From IMG/VR virus record IMGVR_UViG_3300010998_000021, positions 47,468 to 111,467 of that record: 64,000 nucleotides of DNA; one strand, given 5' to 3'. Below are positions 30,516 through 40,492 of this stretch, piece after piece (within the stretch, counting starts at the first letter, position 1; every line of letters starts with the position of its first letter). Source of the DNA: a virus. Lineage: Duplodnaviria; Caudoviricetes. A model generated the notes under the pieces. That model did not search any database, was not told the DNA's origin, and saw nothing but the letters and a program-made list of their open reading frames with translations. The position numbers and the translations under genes are program-made.

Positions 30516-31282
30516 AATTATTTTGCATGACTTAATATAAATTTACTGCAATTTTCTATACATTTATACTGCCTTTTTATTCTATGAAAAATCAGTGTAT
30601 ATTTACACTTGGTTATCTGGCATAATTATTCAGCGATTAATCGCCAATGATATGTATTGGGCTTTAATTGTATGCTTTCGTAATTTATTATAGTTTTTAA
30701 AAATGTAACTTTTTTGCTGAGATTTATGCCCTTTCGTGGATCATAAGTTTATGCCGATAGATTGTATTTTGAAAATGTACTTATATTGCATTTTAACTTA
30801 ATGTTATAATTTGATTTTTGCGCCCTAATAATTATTCTTCGTTTTTGGCTTAAATTGTATACTTTCTATTTTTATCGGAGAGTTATCGTTAATAGGCTTT
30901 TATTGTATGCTTAGATTTTTTAGAATGGGTAGTGTGAAAATTTTTATTGAATTTGAATTTGTGTGAGTGATGAGGGGTACGATATTGACTTTAGCTAATG
31001 AAAGCGATTCTGTATAACTTAAAAGTAGTCCCCTTATTTGTACTATTTGGTTTTTAAAAACGTGCTTTTTTTGTGGCTCTTCGTTGGTGTATTCGTTCCT
31101 GTTGCAAGTCTGAAAAAGTGCATTTTTCAGAATTGCCAATGCTGCGAAAATAACGGTATTTTTCAAGATCAGACTGTCATTATTAAGACTGAATATCAAT
31201 AATAATAAAAATCAGCAGTTTTTCGGCGTTTTGAAAAACGACTGTTTTTAAAGCAACAGTTTGTTGTTTTTAAAACAAAAGT

Positions 31283-31345
31283 TTATCCACACTAAACAAT
31301 AGTTTATCCACACTAAACCGTAACTTATCCACATACATATCCACA
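31283..31345 (+). promoter_or_regulatory. DnaA-box cluster (candidate origin element)
   Basis: Perfect TTATCCACA at 31283, 31304 and 31325 (21-bp period) plus ATATCCACA at 31337. Confidence 0.75.
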
Positions 31346-31399
31346 TTCAACCATGGTACACTTTTATATCAAAGTAGAGATCTATAGCAGATCAAAAAT

Positions 31400-31790
31400 A
31401 TCCTTCGTTCGTTGGTGCTTTTCCGCTTTTCTTTTATCGTTCCTGTCGTTGGTGGCTCTTCGTGTTTTTCGCGTTTGTCGTTCCTGTCTTCGTTCCTTTT
31501 GGCTCTTCGTTCCTGTCGTTGTTTCCTGTCGTTCACTTTTCCGCTTTTCCGTAACTATGAATATCTGTCGTTGTGTGTTCGCGTTCGTTGGCGTCTGTTG
31601 GCGTTCAATACTTGCCAATGATGCATGATATTCTTTTCCTTTTGGCTCTTCGTTCGCGTTTGCCGATATCCGGCAGCAGTTCCTTTTTTCGCGTTCAAGA
31701 TCATTCTATTCGTTCGAGTTCCTTCTATATATCGCAACGAAAATAAACGTCTTTTTTTTGTGCCTTCGGTCCTGTCGTTCGTGCCGTCAA
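31400..31790 (+). repeat. Strand-biased pyrimidine-rich repeat tract (TCGTT / CCTGTCGTT / GGCTCTTCG)
   Basis: CCTGTCGTT x4, CCTTTTGGCTCTTCGTTC x2, CTTTTCCGCTTTT x2; top strand almost A-free over 31400-31550. Confidence 0.65.
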
Positions 31791-31934
31791 AAAATCGACG
31801 TTTTGGAAAACTATGATTTTTGCGTTCGGTTTTTTTAGTTTTTCAAAACATGAGAAATCTGCATGAGTCCGGGGATGCGCCGGATGATCGTGTTCTGGTT
31901 TTGGTTCTGGATAGTTGCGGAAAATATTTTTAAA

Positions 31935-32012
31935 ATTATTTTGTATTACCTATTGACAAATGATTTTCTGTAGTGTATTATAGCATCATAGCAAGTAACC
32001 AATATACACACA
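31935..32012 (+). promoter_or_regulatory. First early cassette promoter (inverted A-rich box, TTGACA-17-TATTAT, AGTAA..ATACAC leader)
   Basis: TTGACA at 31953. Similar promoters have -35 at 32779, 33795, 34583, 35571, 36968, 37953, 38925, 39982, 41030, 42350, 43638, 45063, 45540, 46487, 48473, 50008, 52535, 56701 and 57859. Confidence 0.85.
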
Positions 32013-32041
32013 AAAGCACATTTTATAGGGAGGTATTCACC

Positions 32042-32350
32042 ATGATTAAAACTACTATTTGCATCGGACTTCTTGACAAGGGCACCAAAAGACAGGAGAT
32101 CACAACACTTGAAGCTTTTAAGGTAGCAGCGAATATTTTCGCAGAGACTACAGGAGGCGCGACAATCACTGAAGGCACCGGTGTTTATACACATGATGAC
32201 GGTACAATCGTTATCGAGCCAACACTTGTATGTGTTATCTACGGCGCGAACACTGAACAGGTCGAGAGAGCAGCAAGCATGGCAAAAGTAGCGCTTAATC
32301 AAGAAGCCGTGACAATCGAAGTCACCGAGAGCAATTCAAGATTTTTCTAA
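32042..32350 (+). CDS. DUF3574/SAM-lyase-like protein
   Basis: IGL...GATITEGTGVYTH..G....EPT...A...K..LNQEAV pattern; SD GGGAGG. Confidence 0.55.
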   Translation: MIKTTICIGLLDKGTKRQEITTLEAFKVAANIFAETTGGATITEGTGVYTHDDGTIVIEPTLVCVIYGANTEQVERAASMAKVALNQEAVTIEVTESNSRFF

Positions 32351-32363
32351 ATCGGATCATAAA

Positions 32364-32396
32364 AGGGGATGCGCAAAGCATCCCTTCTTTTTTTTG
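32364..32396 (+). terminator. Intrinsic terminator, one of a series closing cassettes
   Basis: GGGATGC-gcaaa-GCATCCC plus T-run. Equivalents at about 33463, 34327, 35316, 36762, 38639, 39848, 41986, 43470, 44889, 47562, 48260 and 52068. Confidence 0.85.
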
Positions 32397-32856
32397 TAGC
32401 GCGATGGATGATTGTTTTTCAAAACGTGGGAATTTTGTTTTCTGTTTTTGAAAACCATCGTTTTATGCTATGGTTTTGTTTTGCAAAATCCTATTTTCCT
32501 GTTTTACGTTTTTGAAAACAAGATTTTTCTGCTACTGGATGATAGTTTTTAAAAACATATAAAAATTGCAGTCGTTTTTAAAAATGCCGATTTTCTGAAT
32601 CGTGGTTTGTGGTTTTTGAAAACTCAAAATTTTTGTTTATGGTTTTTAAAAATTCGATTTTCCTGTTGTGCTGCCAGAGCCGAGGATGGATACAATTTTT
32701 TGGCGTTTTAAAAAATATAGAGACTGGATAGCCGGATGATCTGAATCTAAACGAATTATAAATATTACAAAATAAATATTGACAAATAAAAGATGACCGT
32801 CTATAATGAATAACAAGTAAATGATATACACCATTTTCTTTAAGGAGGTGGCGATC

Positions 32857-33138
32857 ATGACAAGTAGACATTATAGACAGTATCGCAGAAGGCGCGAACG
32901 TGTTATCCGAGATATTGGACAGGGTACACCATATCAAGAATTTATAGTCGGTGATAAACTTCATGTGATTACTACAAACGCAATAATCATTATATACGGC
33001 GCGAAAGATCATACGTTAATCACCAAGCTAATTGCAAGACCAAACCAGATTAAGAAATATTATACCGATGGGAACTATCCGACAGAGATTATCGAGATCG
33101 CAAACCAGCACCAAAAAGCAGGATTGTACCACACTTAA
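32857..33138 (+). CDS. Hypothetical early protein
   Basis: SD AAGGAGG; own promoter. Confidence 0.7.
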   Translation: MTSRHYRQYRRRRERVIRDIGQGTPYQEFIVGDKLHVITTNAIIIIYGAKDHTLITKLIARPNQIKKYYTDGNYPTEIIEIANQHQKAGLYHT

Positions 33139-33171
33139 AAATAATACAAAATAACGCAGGAGGGAACGGCG

Positions 33172-33462
33172 ATGAGTAGAATATGGACACAAGACGAGAT
33201 CAAGAATCTCGTACAGACAAACGACAGAGTTTTATATGGTGCATTAAGGCAATTATACGCTTGCCAGACTGCCGATGAAATAGCAGAAGGCGCAGCGAAT
33301 CACAGAAACGGCGCAGGATTTAACGGCATTGATGCCCCGTTGCTTACAAGTTTTTGCGAGTTCCTCAATAGAACAGGATTTTTAACACCAAAGCAAAAAG
33401 TAATCGCACGAAAGAAACTTGTTAAATATACAAGACAGCTAACAATGTTAGCCAACGCCTAA
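33172..33462 (+). CDS. Conserved phage hypothetical protein
   Basis: QTADE...H.NG.GFN..DA..LTS...KQ...KY..QL; SD; terminator follows. Confidence 0.7.
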   Translation: MSRIWTQDEIKNLVQTNDRVLYGALRQLYACQTADEIAEGAANHRNGAGFNGIDAPLLTSFCEFLNRTGFLTPKQKVIARKKLVKYTRQLTMLANA

Positions 33463-33865
33463 AGGGATGCAGAGTCATCCCTTTTATTTTTGCGGAAAAT
33501 CGCAGAAAATCCACGTTTTGCAAAACGATGGAGTATTTGCAGAAATTCTCGATTTTGGAAAACTATAATCAGAAAATCCTTGTTTTGAAAAACAATCTTG
33601 TTTTGATTATGGTTTTTGAAAACTTGATTTTTCTGTTTTTTGCAGTTTTGAAAAACAATATTCATGCATTGATAGTTTTGGAAAATTCAACTTTTCTGCT
33701 ATCAGATTGCAGATTTTCCTGTTTTTGGAAAACTATAATAATCCGTTATGGATCATGCCGGAAAAATAATATTTAAAATAATACAAAATAATTATTGACA
33801 ATATGGAAAATCTGATTATAATTAGAGTAGTAAAGCAAATACACATTGTTTCATGGAGGTGCATT

Positions 33866-34144
33866 ATGAATACTTATTATGATTCTTATGAAAACTATAA
33901 AAAATTTTTAGATGACCAAGTGGAAAGAGCAGCACATAACTTTCAGGAGGCAAAAGAAAAAGCAATCCGCGAACTTCAGGCGATGACCGTCTGGACTGCC
34001 AGCGAATACGGCGCAGGATATGCAAGTCAAATAGAAAAGATCACGAAGTATGCAACCGAATTACAGCAACTCGGATATCAGTATCGAGTATTCAACAATA
34101 TGTTTGAAGATGCTATCAAGAATGATAAAAATCAGGAGGAATGA
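33866..34144 (+). CDS. Hypothetical early protein
   Basis: SD GGAGGT; own promoter. Confidence 0.65.
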   Translation: MNTYYDSYENYKKFLDDQVERAAHNFQEAKEKAIRELQAMTVWTASEYGAGYASQIEKITKYATELQQLGYQYRVFNNMFEDAIKNDKNQEE

Positions 34145-34320
34145 TGATGGCTAAAACAAGCAAGGAATATTCGGAAATTCTGGAATCAGTATTAAGAATA
34201 CAGATTGGTTGTATCCGTTCAAATCCAAACTATGAAGATAGCGATTATTTACAAGGTCAGGAAGTCGGACTTTTAACGGCAATAGATAAGATCAAGGCAT
34301 CAAAATTTTTGACAGAATAA
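34141..34320 (+). CDS. Small hypothetical protein (not in ORF track)
   Basis: SD AGGAGG; open to TAA at 34320 just before the terminator. Confidence 0.55.
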   Translation: MMMAKTSKEYSEILESVLRIQIGCIRSNPNYEDSDYLQGQEVGLLTAIDKIKASKFLTE

Positions 34321-34665
34321 ATGAGAAGCGGAGAAATCCGCTTTTTCTTTTTGCCGTTCCGAAAATCTCCGTTTTCAAAAACCATAACAGAAAATCTGTA
34401 TTTTCAAAAACGATAGCGGAAAAATCTTGTTTTTAAAAACTAACATGTTTGGTCTTATTGTTTTGGAAAATTATATTTTTCTGTATGTCGTGATGTCGTG
34501 GTTTTTCAAAACTGGAATTTATTGTGCGCCGTGATCGTGGCGCGGATGGAAAAATAAAATGGAAAATATTTTGTATTATCTATTGACATGCGGAAAATCT
34601 GGTGCTATACTACACACATAGTAAATGATATACACAACACACAAGCATATCAGGAGGAAAACGCC

Positions 34666-35004
34666 ATGACTAATGAAATGATTATCTTTATAAAAAGATG
34701 TGAATTAATGGAGCAGGGGATCATCGGCGGTACTGGAAGATTTGTTGAAATTGAAATCAATGATGAACTCAGAAGACTCGAAGAGCCGGAAGAGATTCAT
34801 ACTTATGAATATTGGAAAAAGATCGGGTACCAGGTCAGAAAAGGTGAGAAATCACAGATTAAATTCACGATCTGGACATACAAAAAAGGAAAAGCGCAGA
34901 TAGATGAGGAAACAGGCGAAGAAGTCAGCAAAGGAAGATTATATCCTCGTCAGGCATCATTTTTTACAATCGCGCAATGTGACAAAAAAGTAATCGCAAA
35001 TTAA
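34666..35004 (+). CDS. ArdC N-terminal-like ssDNA-binding domain protein
   Basis: HTYEYWKKIGYQVRKGEKS...IW...FFTIAQ motif. Confidence 0.7.
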   Translation: MTNEMIIFIKRCELMEQGIIGGTGRFVEIEINDELRRLEEPEEIHTYEYWKKIGYQVRKGEKSQIKFTIWTYKKGKAQIDEETGEEVSKGRLYPRQASFFTIAQCDKKVIAN

Positions 35005-35082
35005 ATGTTCGATGGTCAGTGTCAATCGCAGCATTGACACTTTCCATGAAACATTTAAACACAATACAAGGAGGAAAAAATC

Positions 35083-35304
35083 ATGAAGTATATTGTTATT
35101 TATGACAGTGGCATAAGTCGTTTTTATGGTGATATGGAAGTTGAATACATGAAAGTTAATATTGATGGTGTAGGACTTTATGCGGAATTTCCGGCAATTA
35201 AAGGAAACGAACATGCCACATATGGAGCGTTAAAGAATCATATTATCGGTCAGGCAAGATATCACAAGATCAATCCCGAATGTCTGGAATTTCCGAATAA
35301 ATGA
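35083..35304 (+). CDS. Hypothetical early protein
   Basis: SD AGGAGG; terminator follows. Confidence 0.6.
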   Translation: MKYIVIYDSGISRFYGDMEVEYMKVNIDGVGLYAEFPAIKGNEHATYGALKNHIIGQARYHKINPECLEFPNK

Positions 35305-35641
35305 ATCAGAGAACGGAGCGCAAAATGCGCTCTTTTCTTTTGCGCATCCACATGAAAAATGGTTTTCAAAAATTAGGAAAAATTGCGACAGCCATACAGA
35401 AAATATTGATTTTGAAAAATCATAATAAAACGAATATCGTTTTTGAAAAATGGAATTATTTGTGTTGGTTTTTGAAAATTAAAGAAATCTGCATAGCAGA
35501 AAAATCCTGTTTTAAAAAATAATATATATATCAGGATCGCCAGAAATTTAAAAATAATACAAAATAAATGTTGACAGCATTAACTATATGGTGTATAGTG
35601 TATTTAACAAGTAAAACACGTACATAAATAAGGAGTACACC

Positions 35642-35809
35642 ATGAAAGCAAGTCAATTAATTATCGGTAACAAATACAGATCAACAGCATTTGCCCGAAA
35701 AGTCAAATTGATATCCATTGACAAAGTATGGGATGACGGTACGGCAAGTGTAACAGTCGAATATTACGGCAAATTATATTGTGATTGTTCATTTCGTTTC
35801 AGTATTTAA
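35642..35809 (+). CDS. Small hypothetical protein (not in ORF track)
   Basis: SD AAGGAG after the promoter at 35571; 55 aa. Confidence 0.55.
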   Translation: MKASQLIIGNKYRSTAFARKVKLISIDKVWDDGTASVTVEYYGKLYCDCSFRFSI

Positions 35810-35816
35810 ATAATCG

Positions 35817-35883
35817 ATGTGGCTGATGGTTATTGATTCAGTCGTTCGGAAGTCCGGCGATCACGTTCGATTCGTGACCACAT
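35817..35883 (+). ncRNA. tRNA-like mini-structure
   Basis: ATGTGG/CCACAT closing stem, two inner hairpins and a perfect T-arm TCACG-TTCGATT-CGTGA. Confidence 0.4.
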
Positions 35884-36307
35884 ATTTAAAAAATATCCTT
35901 GGCAGTTCCACAAACACAAAGCACAATGCAATGATGGAGGGCTTGCCAATGAATAATGATACGCCTGTTATTGTAATCATATACATCTATGACGAAGATA
36001 GCGGAAAACTTACGGCAATAGTAAATGTTTACTATATTTAAGTAAGGGATATAGGGTTTTGGATATTTCCCTATATCTGGCGTATACATTGGAAAATCTG
36101 AAAGGAGTAAACCAATGAGAACAGCAGAACAAATCGCAGAGAAATTAAGAAACAGTGATTCATGGAGTTATGTTGATTGTAAAGAACTATGCAAACAAGC
36201 CGGAATCAACCTTGTTTGGGGCAGTTGCTACGATGATTTGAAGCCTGTATATAAAGCAGCGGAAATTTTACATGTTAAGATAGATTAATTATCAGAAGGA
36301 GCATACC

Positions 36308-36532
36308 ATGTTAGATATTGGAAAAGTCGGCATCGTAAAATACGGAGAAAAAGTTAATCATCTATTTTATGATGGTGCGGAAAGATCATATGGTATCTAT
36401 CAGGATGATTGCATTTATACAGTGGATGTGCATTACAAGAATCAGGATAGATATAATGATCGTTTTGTTGCAAGCGATTTAGGAACGGCGTTTCAAATGA
36501 TCGAAGCAATGGAAAACGGTGAGGAGGTCTAA
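36308..36532 (+). CDS. Hypothetical protein (shares VGIVKYG with the ORF at 43127)
   Basis: SD AAGGAG. Confidence 0.6.
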   Translation: MLDIGKVGIVKYGEKVNHLFYDGAERSYGIYQDDCIYTVDVHYKNQDRYNDRFVASDLGTAFQMIEAMENGEEV

Positions 36533-36533
36533 T

Positions 36534-36722
36534 ATGAAAAAGATTTATAAAGCATATTTCGTTAAAGAAATGAACTCATACAGGTTGTATGATCCAGAAA
36601 ATCCGCAACAAACAATCGCATATTTCGATGCGGATGAACTGGAAATAGCAAAAAGACGAGTGAAGCATGAGCTTTCCGACTTGCGGAATGGGATCATTGC
36701 CGAGCTTGTCATTGAAAATTGA
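36534..36722 (+). CDS. Hypothetical protein
   Basis: SD GAGGAGG. Confidence 0.55.
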   Translation: MKKIYKAYFVKEMNSYRLYDPENPQQTIAYFDADELEIAKRRVKHELSDLRNGIIAELVIEN

Positions 36723-37039
36723 CTACTATCTCAATTCGTTGTGTGTGTTGTGTGTAGGAGAACAGGGCGAGAAATCGTCCTGTTTTCCATCTTGTGCGGA
36801 AAATTGTTTTTGAAAATGCGGAGAATCTGAAAGCGGAAAATTACGATTTTTAAAAACAATAAACAAATTATTTATGTTTTCAAAAACCACAATCGAAGAG
36901 TTTGTTTTTCAAAACTGAAATTATCCGCGCCGAGTTTCTGAAAAATATAAATAATACAAAATAATAGTTGACAACCACAAGAATCAATGCTATCATATAT
37001 TCAGTAAATGAAGTACACACAAACACGGAGGGAAAAGTC

Positions 37040-37339
37040 ATGGCATGGAATAGAAAAAGAACCATTGATTTCTGTAATGAAGAAATCTTTCCACAGGTAC
37101 ATTTTTCACAGTGGATCGGATTGAAGGGCGAGTTAATGGATGTAGTCAAGATGGTTGAACAGTACCGCCGGACACATGGATTTGTGGAAAATCTGAAAGC
37201 TAAAGTTGTTGATGGTTTTCTGTATCTGAATAATGATCCTGTTGGAAGAATCGCAATGAAAAAGCAGACAGCAGCAAACAACTATAATGATGGTGCTTAT
37301 TATTGGGAAGGTCGCATTCTGGCAAGACAGGGAATGTAA
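37040..37339 (+). CDS. Hypothetical early protein
   Basis: SD GGAGGG; own promoter. Confidence 0.65.
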   Translation: MAWNRKRTIDFCNEEIFPQVHFSQWIGLKGELMDVVKMVEQYRRTHGFVENLKAKVVDGFLYLNNDPVGRIAMKKQTAANNYNDGAYYWEGRILARQGM

Positions 37340-37352
37340 AGGAGTGGAAAAT

Positions 37353-37589
37353 ATGACAGATGCCGTAAAAAATGAAATTGAAAAGTGCAGGACTAAGAAA
37401 CAGGTAATGGATATTTTACGGAAAAATCACACAAATGTTATCAGAGATACATCCGATGAAGTCGGGTGTTTCTCTGTTTGGGTAGACGAGACAACAAGAA
37501 TATATAAACCAAAAGGAAGAAATATGACAGTTCAGAAATGGAATAAGGTTAATATGTCTTATTCTGGTATTCCTGTATTCTTTGGTTAA
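37353..37589 (+). CDS. Hypothetical protein
   Basis: SD AAGGAG. Confidence 0.6.
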   Translation: MTDAVKNEIEKCRTKKQVMDILRKNHTNVIRDTSDEVGCFSVWVDETTRIYKPKGRNMTVQKWNKVNMSYSGIPVFFG

Positions 37590-37600
37590 GAGGTGTTACT

Positions 37601-37933
37601 ATGGAAAATTTGAACGATGTTTATGCAGTTGTAGGATATGATAAGAAAGTGATTGATATATTGGAAAATTTCGATGATGCGTATGATTTAGCAGAATACT
37701 ATCATGCAGAATGCATAGAAACTTTAGAAGGCACAGACGGTGACAGGGTTTATGTATATCCAATGGATTACGGCGAACATAATTTTTTAAAACAAAAAAT
37801 AATTGCTATTGCTTTACTTCTTATTTCTGCGTTTTCCGTACCGCTTACGGATGGAGATATTACTTTTTTATTATTTATGGTTATGTTTATTGGATACTTA
37901 TTCTTTTCAAAAGAATACTGGATCAATGATTAA
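37601..37933 (+). CDS. Hypothetical membrane protein
   Basis: Two C-terminal hydrophobic segments. Confidence 0.6.
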   Translation: MENLNDVYAVVGYDKKVIDILENFDDAYDLAEYYHAECIETLEGTDGDRVYVYPMDYGEHNFLKQKIIAIALLLISAFSVPLTDGDITFLLFMVMFIGYLFFSKEYWIND

Positions 37934-38021
37934 TAAATAATACAAAATAAAATTGACAATACCGCGCAAAGGTGCTACCATATACATAGTAAATGATATA
38001 CATATTTAAGGAGGCATAGCC

Positions 38022-38354
38022 ATGAATAAAGTTAGAGCATTATCTTGTGAGATTTTCACTAATAAATCTTATGGAAATTGCAGCAATAACGGGATCAGCA
38101 ATAGATATAAAGAAGTATACGTACTTTGTGATGATGGTAATGTTGTAATTGATTTAGACAATCCACCTGAAAATCTTGTGGTATTTGAAGCAAGGGATTA
38201 TGGATTTACAATATCATTACGCTTCAAGCCGTATAGTTCCCTGACTGATGGAAAATGGTATATGTTTGGAGGCGATTTTGTCTGGTGTTGTGATAGCAGA
38301 TTTAGAGAAGTTTACGGTCATTATCCTATTCCGCTTCATGATCGCGTGGAATAA
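38022..38354 (+). CDS. Conserved phage hypothetical protein
   Basis: CSNNGIS...MFGG.F....DSRF...PIPLHDR.E; SD AAGGAGG. Confidence 0.7.
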   Translation: MNKVRALSCEIFTNKSYGNCSNNGISNRYKEVYVLCDDGNVVIDLDNPPENLVVFEARDYGFTISLRFKPYSSLTDGKWYMFGGDFVWCCDSRFREVYGHYPIPLHDRVE

Positions 38355-38357
38355 ATA

Positions 38358-38639
38358 ATGCAAGATAAGGAGGAAATTATGAATAAAGTTGATTGGTTTG
38401 AATTGTGGTACATGGATAAACAGGCAATGCTGGAAACTATGACTCGTGTTATGGTTTCAGATTTAAACGCCGGATATAACTATTTTGGTGAATGCATCAC
38501 AAAGCAAAGAGAATACATTGACAAATTCAAAAAGGAATTTGAGGATCAGCTAATGGCATTTCACGAGATGGATGAAGGCAAAAGAAACAGATGGTGCTAT
38601 TATGATTTACTGAGAAAAGGTGCAATAAGTATAAGATAA
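38358..38639 (+). CDS. Hypothetical protein
   Basis: SD AGGAGG before the second ATG; terminator follows. Confidence 0.6.
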   Translation: MQDKEEIMNKVDWFELWYMDKQAMLETMTRVMVSDLNAGYNYFGECITKQREYIDKFKKEFEDQLMAFHEMDEGKRNRWCYYDLLRKGAISIR

Positions 38640-38997
38640 AGCGGAGGAATCCGCTTCTTTTTTTGTTCACAATAATTAATAATTTTCAAAAACAACATAC
38701 GCAAGAAATCATCGTTTTGAAAAACCATACGCATACAAGAAAATCGTGTTTTTAAAAACAATAAACAAAATATTGAATTTTGGAAAACAAATATATTCTA
38801 TAATCGTTTTTCAAAACTGATTATTTTAGTTGCCGGAAAACATATTTTCGTGATTTTCAAAAACAAAAGTATGCGCCAATCCGAAAAGGCGTTTCAAAAA
38901 ACAAATATTATTTTGGATTAATTATTGACAAATAACCGACATGATGGTAATATAATTACAGCACGTAAACGATATACACAATTAAAAGGAGAAAGTC

Positions 38998-39273
38998 ATG
39001 TTAGTTAGTAGATATATTATTGATGGGAATAGAAAACGTGTAGCTGCCGAGATCACAAGAGAAACAAATGGAAAGTATTACATTATGTATAATCCGAGAA
39101 CATGCCCTTGGTACGGCGGTTATTATGACACGCTTCAGGCAGCAGAGCAGATCGTAGAAAGATTAAAGCCAAAAGCAAAGAAACTCAATAGCATTTGCTT
39201 TAATTGTAAAGCAAAATGCAATGGAACTACTGAACAGGTATGGACAGGCTGCGTTAATAGGGTAACGAAATAA
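38998..39273 (+). CDS. Hypothetical protein with C-terminal Cys cluster
   Basis: CFNC...C...WTGC; own promoter. Confidence 0.6.
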   Translation: MLVSRYIIDGNRKRVAAEITRETNGKYYIMYNPRTCPWYGGYYDTLQAAEQIVERLKPKAKKLNSICFNCKAKCNGTTEQVWTGCVNRVTK

Positions 39274-39287
39274 AGGAGGGCAAAACT

Positions 39288-39857
39288 ATGTTATACACCA
39301 AAAAAGATATTGATAAGCTGTTTACCGATGTTGTTGCCGGATTCATTGCTGATGGCGCAATGTTTAATTTAAAAAAGAACAATTATTCCTCAAGTGAATA
39401 TGATTCTCACATAGACTTGATTAATAAGAATGGGGAAGGAATTGTAATCTTTAAAAAGACTGGAAGAAATGAAGCATTCAGGTCTTACAGAAATGGTATA
39501 TGCGTGATTAAAGCCAGAAAGTACAGATACATGAATGATTTCTACTGTGACATGATAGAAGAAAAAACAGTTTATACTATTTACCAGTATCATAATATTT
39601 TCACGGATGACATTGATGAACATAATAGAATGGTTGAAAAGGGCAATGCAAGGAGAAAAGCAAGATGGGATTTTGAACATAGTAACTATGAAGTCAAATA
39701 TGATCCGAGTGTAATTCTAAATATTGTACGCCAAAGAAAAGGATTTAAGCGCACAAAACAGGAACATATTATGTATGTCCATAAGTATGATAAAGATTAT
39801 CATATCTGTATCAACAATGGGCGCAAGCATGAAATCATAGTTATTAAGGGAGTCTGA
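39288..39857 (+). CDS. Hypothetical protein
   Basis: SD AGGAGG; terminator overlaps the stop. Confidence 0.65.
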   Translation: MLYTKKDIDKLFTDVVAGFIADGAMFNLKKNNYSSSEYDSHIDLINKNGEGIVIFKKTGRNEAFRSYRNGICVIKARKYRYMNDFYCDMIEEKTVYTIYQYHNIFTDDIDEHNRMVEKGNARRKARWDFEHSNYEVKYDPSVILNIVRQRKGFKRTKQEHIMYVHKYDKDYHICINNGRKHEIIVIKGV

Positions 39858-40132
39858 TGACTCCCATTTTTTATGGCGCAAATTTATTTAATTTTGAAAA
39901 ACATTAATAGGTGATCTTGCGCAGCAATAAATCCATTTTTGAAAAACAATAAATAAACCAAAATATATTTTAAATTATGTATTGACAAGCATCTGGATGT
40001 ATGTTATATTCTATACAAGTAAACGAGATACACAACACGCACAGTCTAATAAAACGGTTGATTGACGAGCCTTGCGCCGTTGGTTGATTGAAAACAGATT
40101 GTAGTTAAGATTTAATATAGGAGGATAAAGCA

Positions 40133-40480
40133 ATGACAAAAGAAAGAATGGAAAGACTGATGGAACTGTATCAGGGGATCGGCGTTGAAACCGAGAACGG
40201 ACAGCATTATTTCTATGAGGCTTTTGATTCGGATTTCCAAGGCGCAGTCGAGCGTGTTAATAATACTTTCATTGGTCATAAGTTCGGAAAATACAAAGTG
40301 TTTATCGCACAGTCTGAAGAGGTTGAAAGAATGACAAACATTCACGGCGAGGAAGTTGTTATATATAAAACCAAAGATCATGGTGTTGTTTCAGTTTTAG
40401 AGGGTGAGGCAATAAGAGTTTGGGAGAGCGTTGATCGCGCATTGGAAATTCTCTATAAAGCCGGATGGATTTTTGAATGA
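40133..40480 (+). CDS. Hypothetical protein
   Basis: SD AGGAGG. Confidence 0.65.
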   Translation: MTKERMERLMELYQGIGVETENGQHYFYEAFDSDFQGAVERVNNTFIGHKFGKYKVFIAQSEEVERMTNIHGEEVVIYKTKDHGVVSVLEGEAIRVWESVDRALEILYKAGWIFE

Positions 40481-40492
40481 TAGGAGGTATAT

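Noticed and set aside
31353-31816. Several overlapping short ORFs on both strands
   Set aside because: Low-complexity translations of the TCGTT repeat tract (R/Q/T/K-rich or F/V/S-rich) with no SD
32578-35522. ORFs in palindrome spacers (e.g. 32578-33012, 33459-33665, 33528-33776, 35301-35522)
   Set aside because: F/K/N/L-rich by-products of TTTTnnAAAA motifs lying between terminators and promoters
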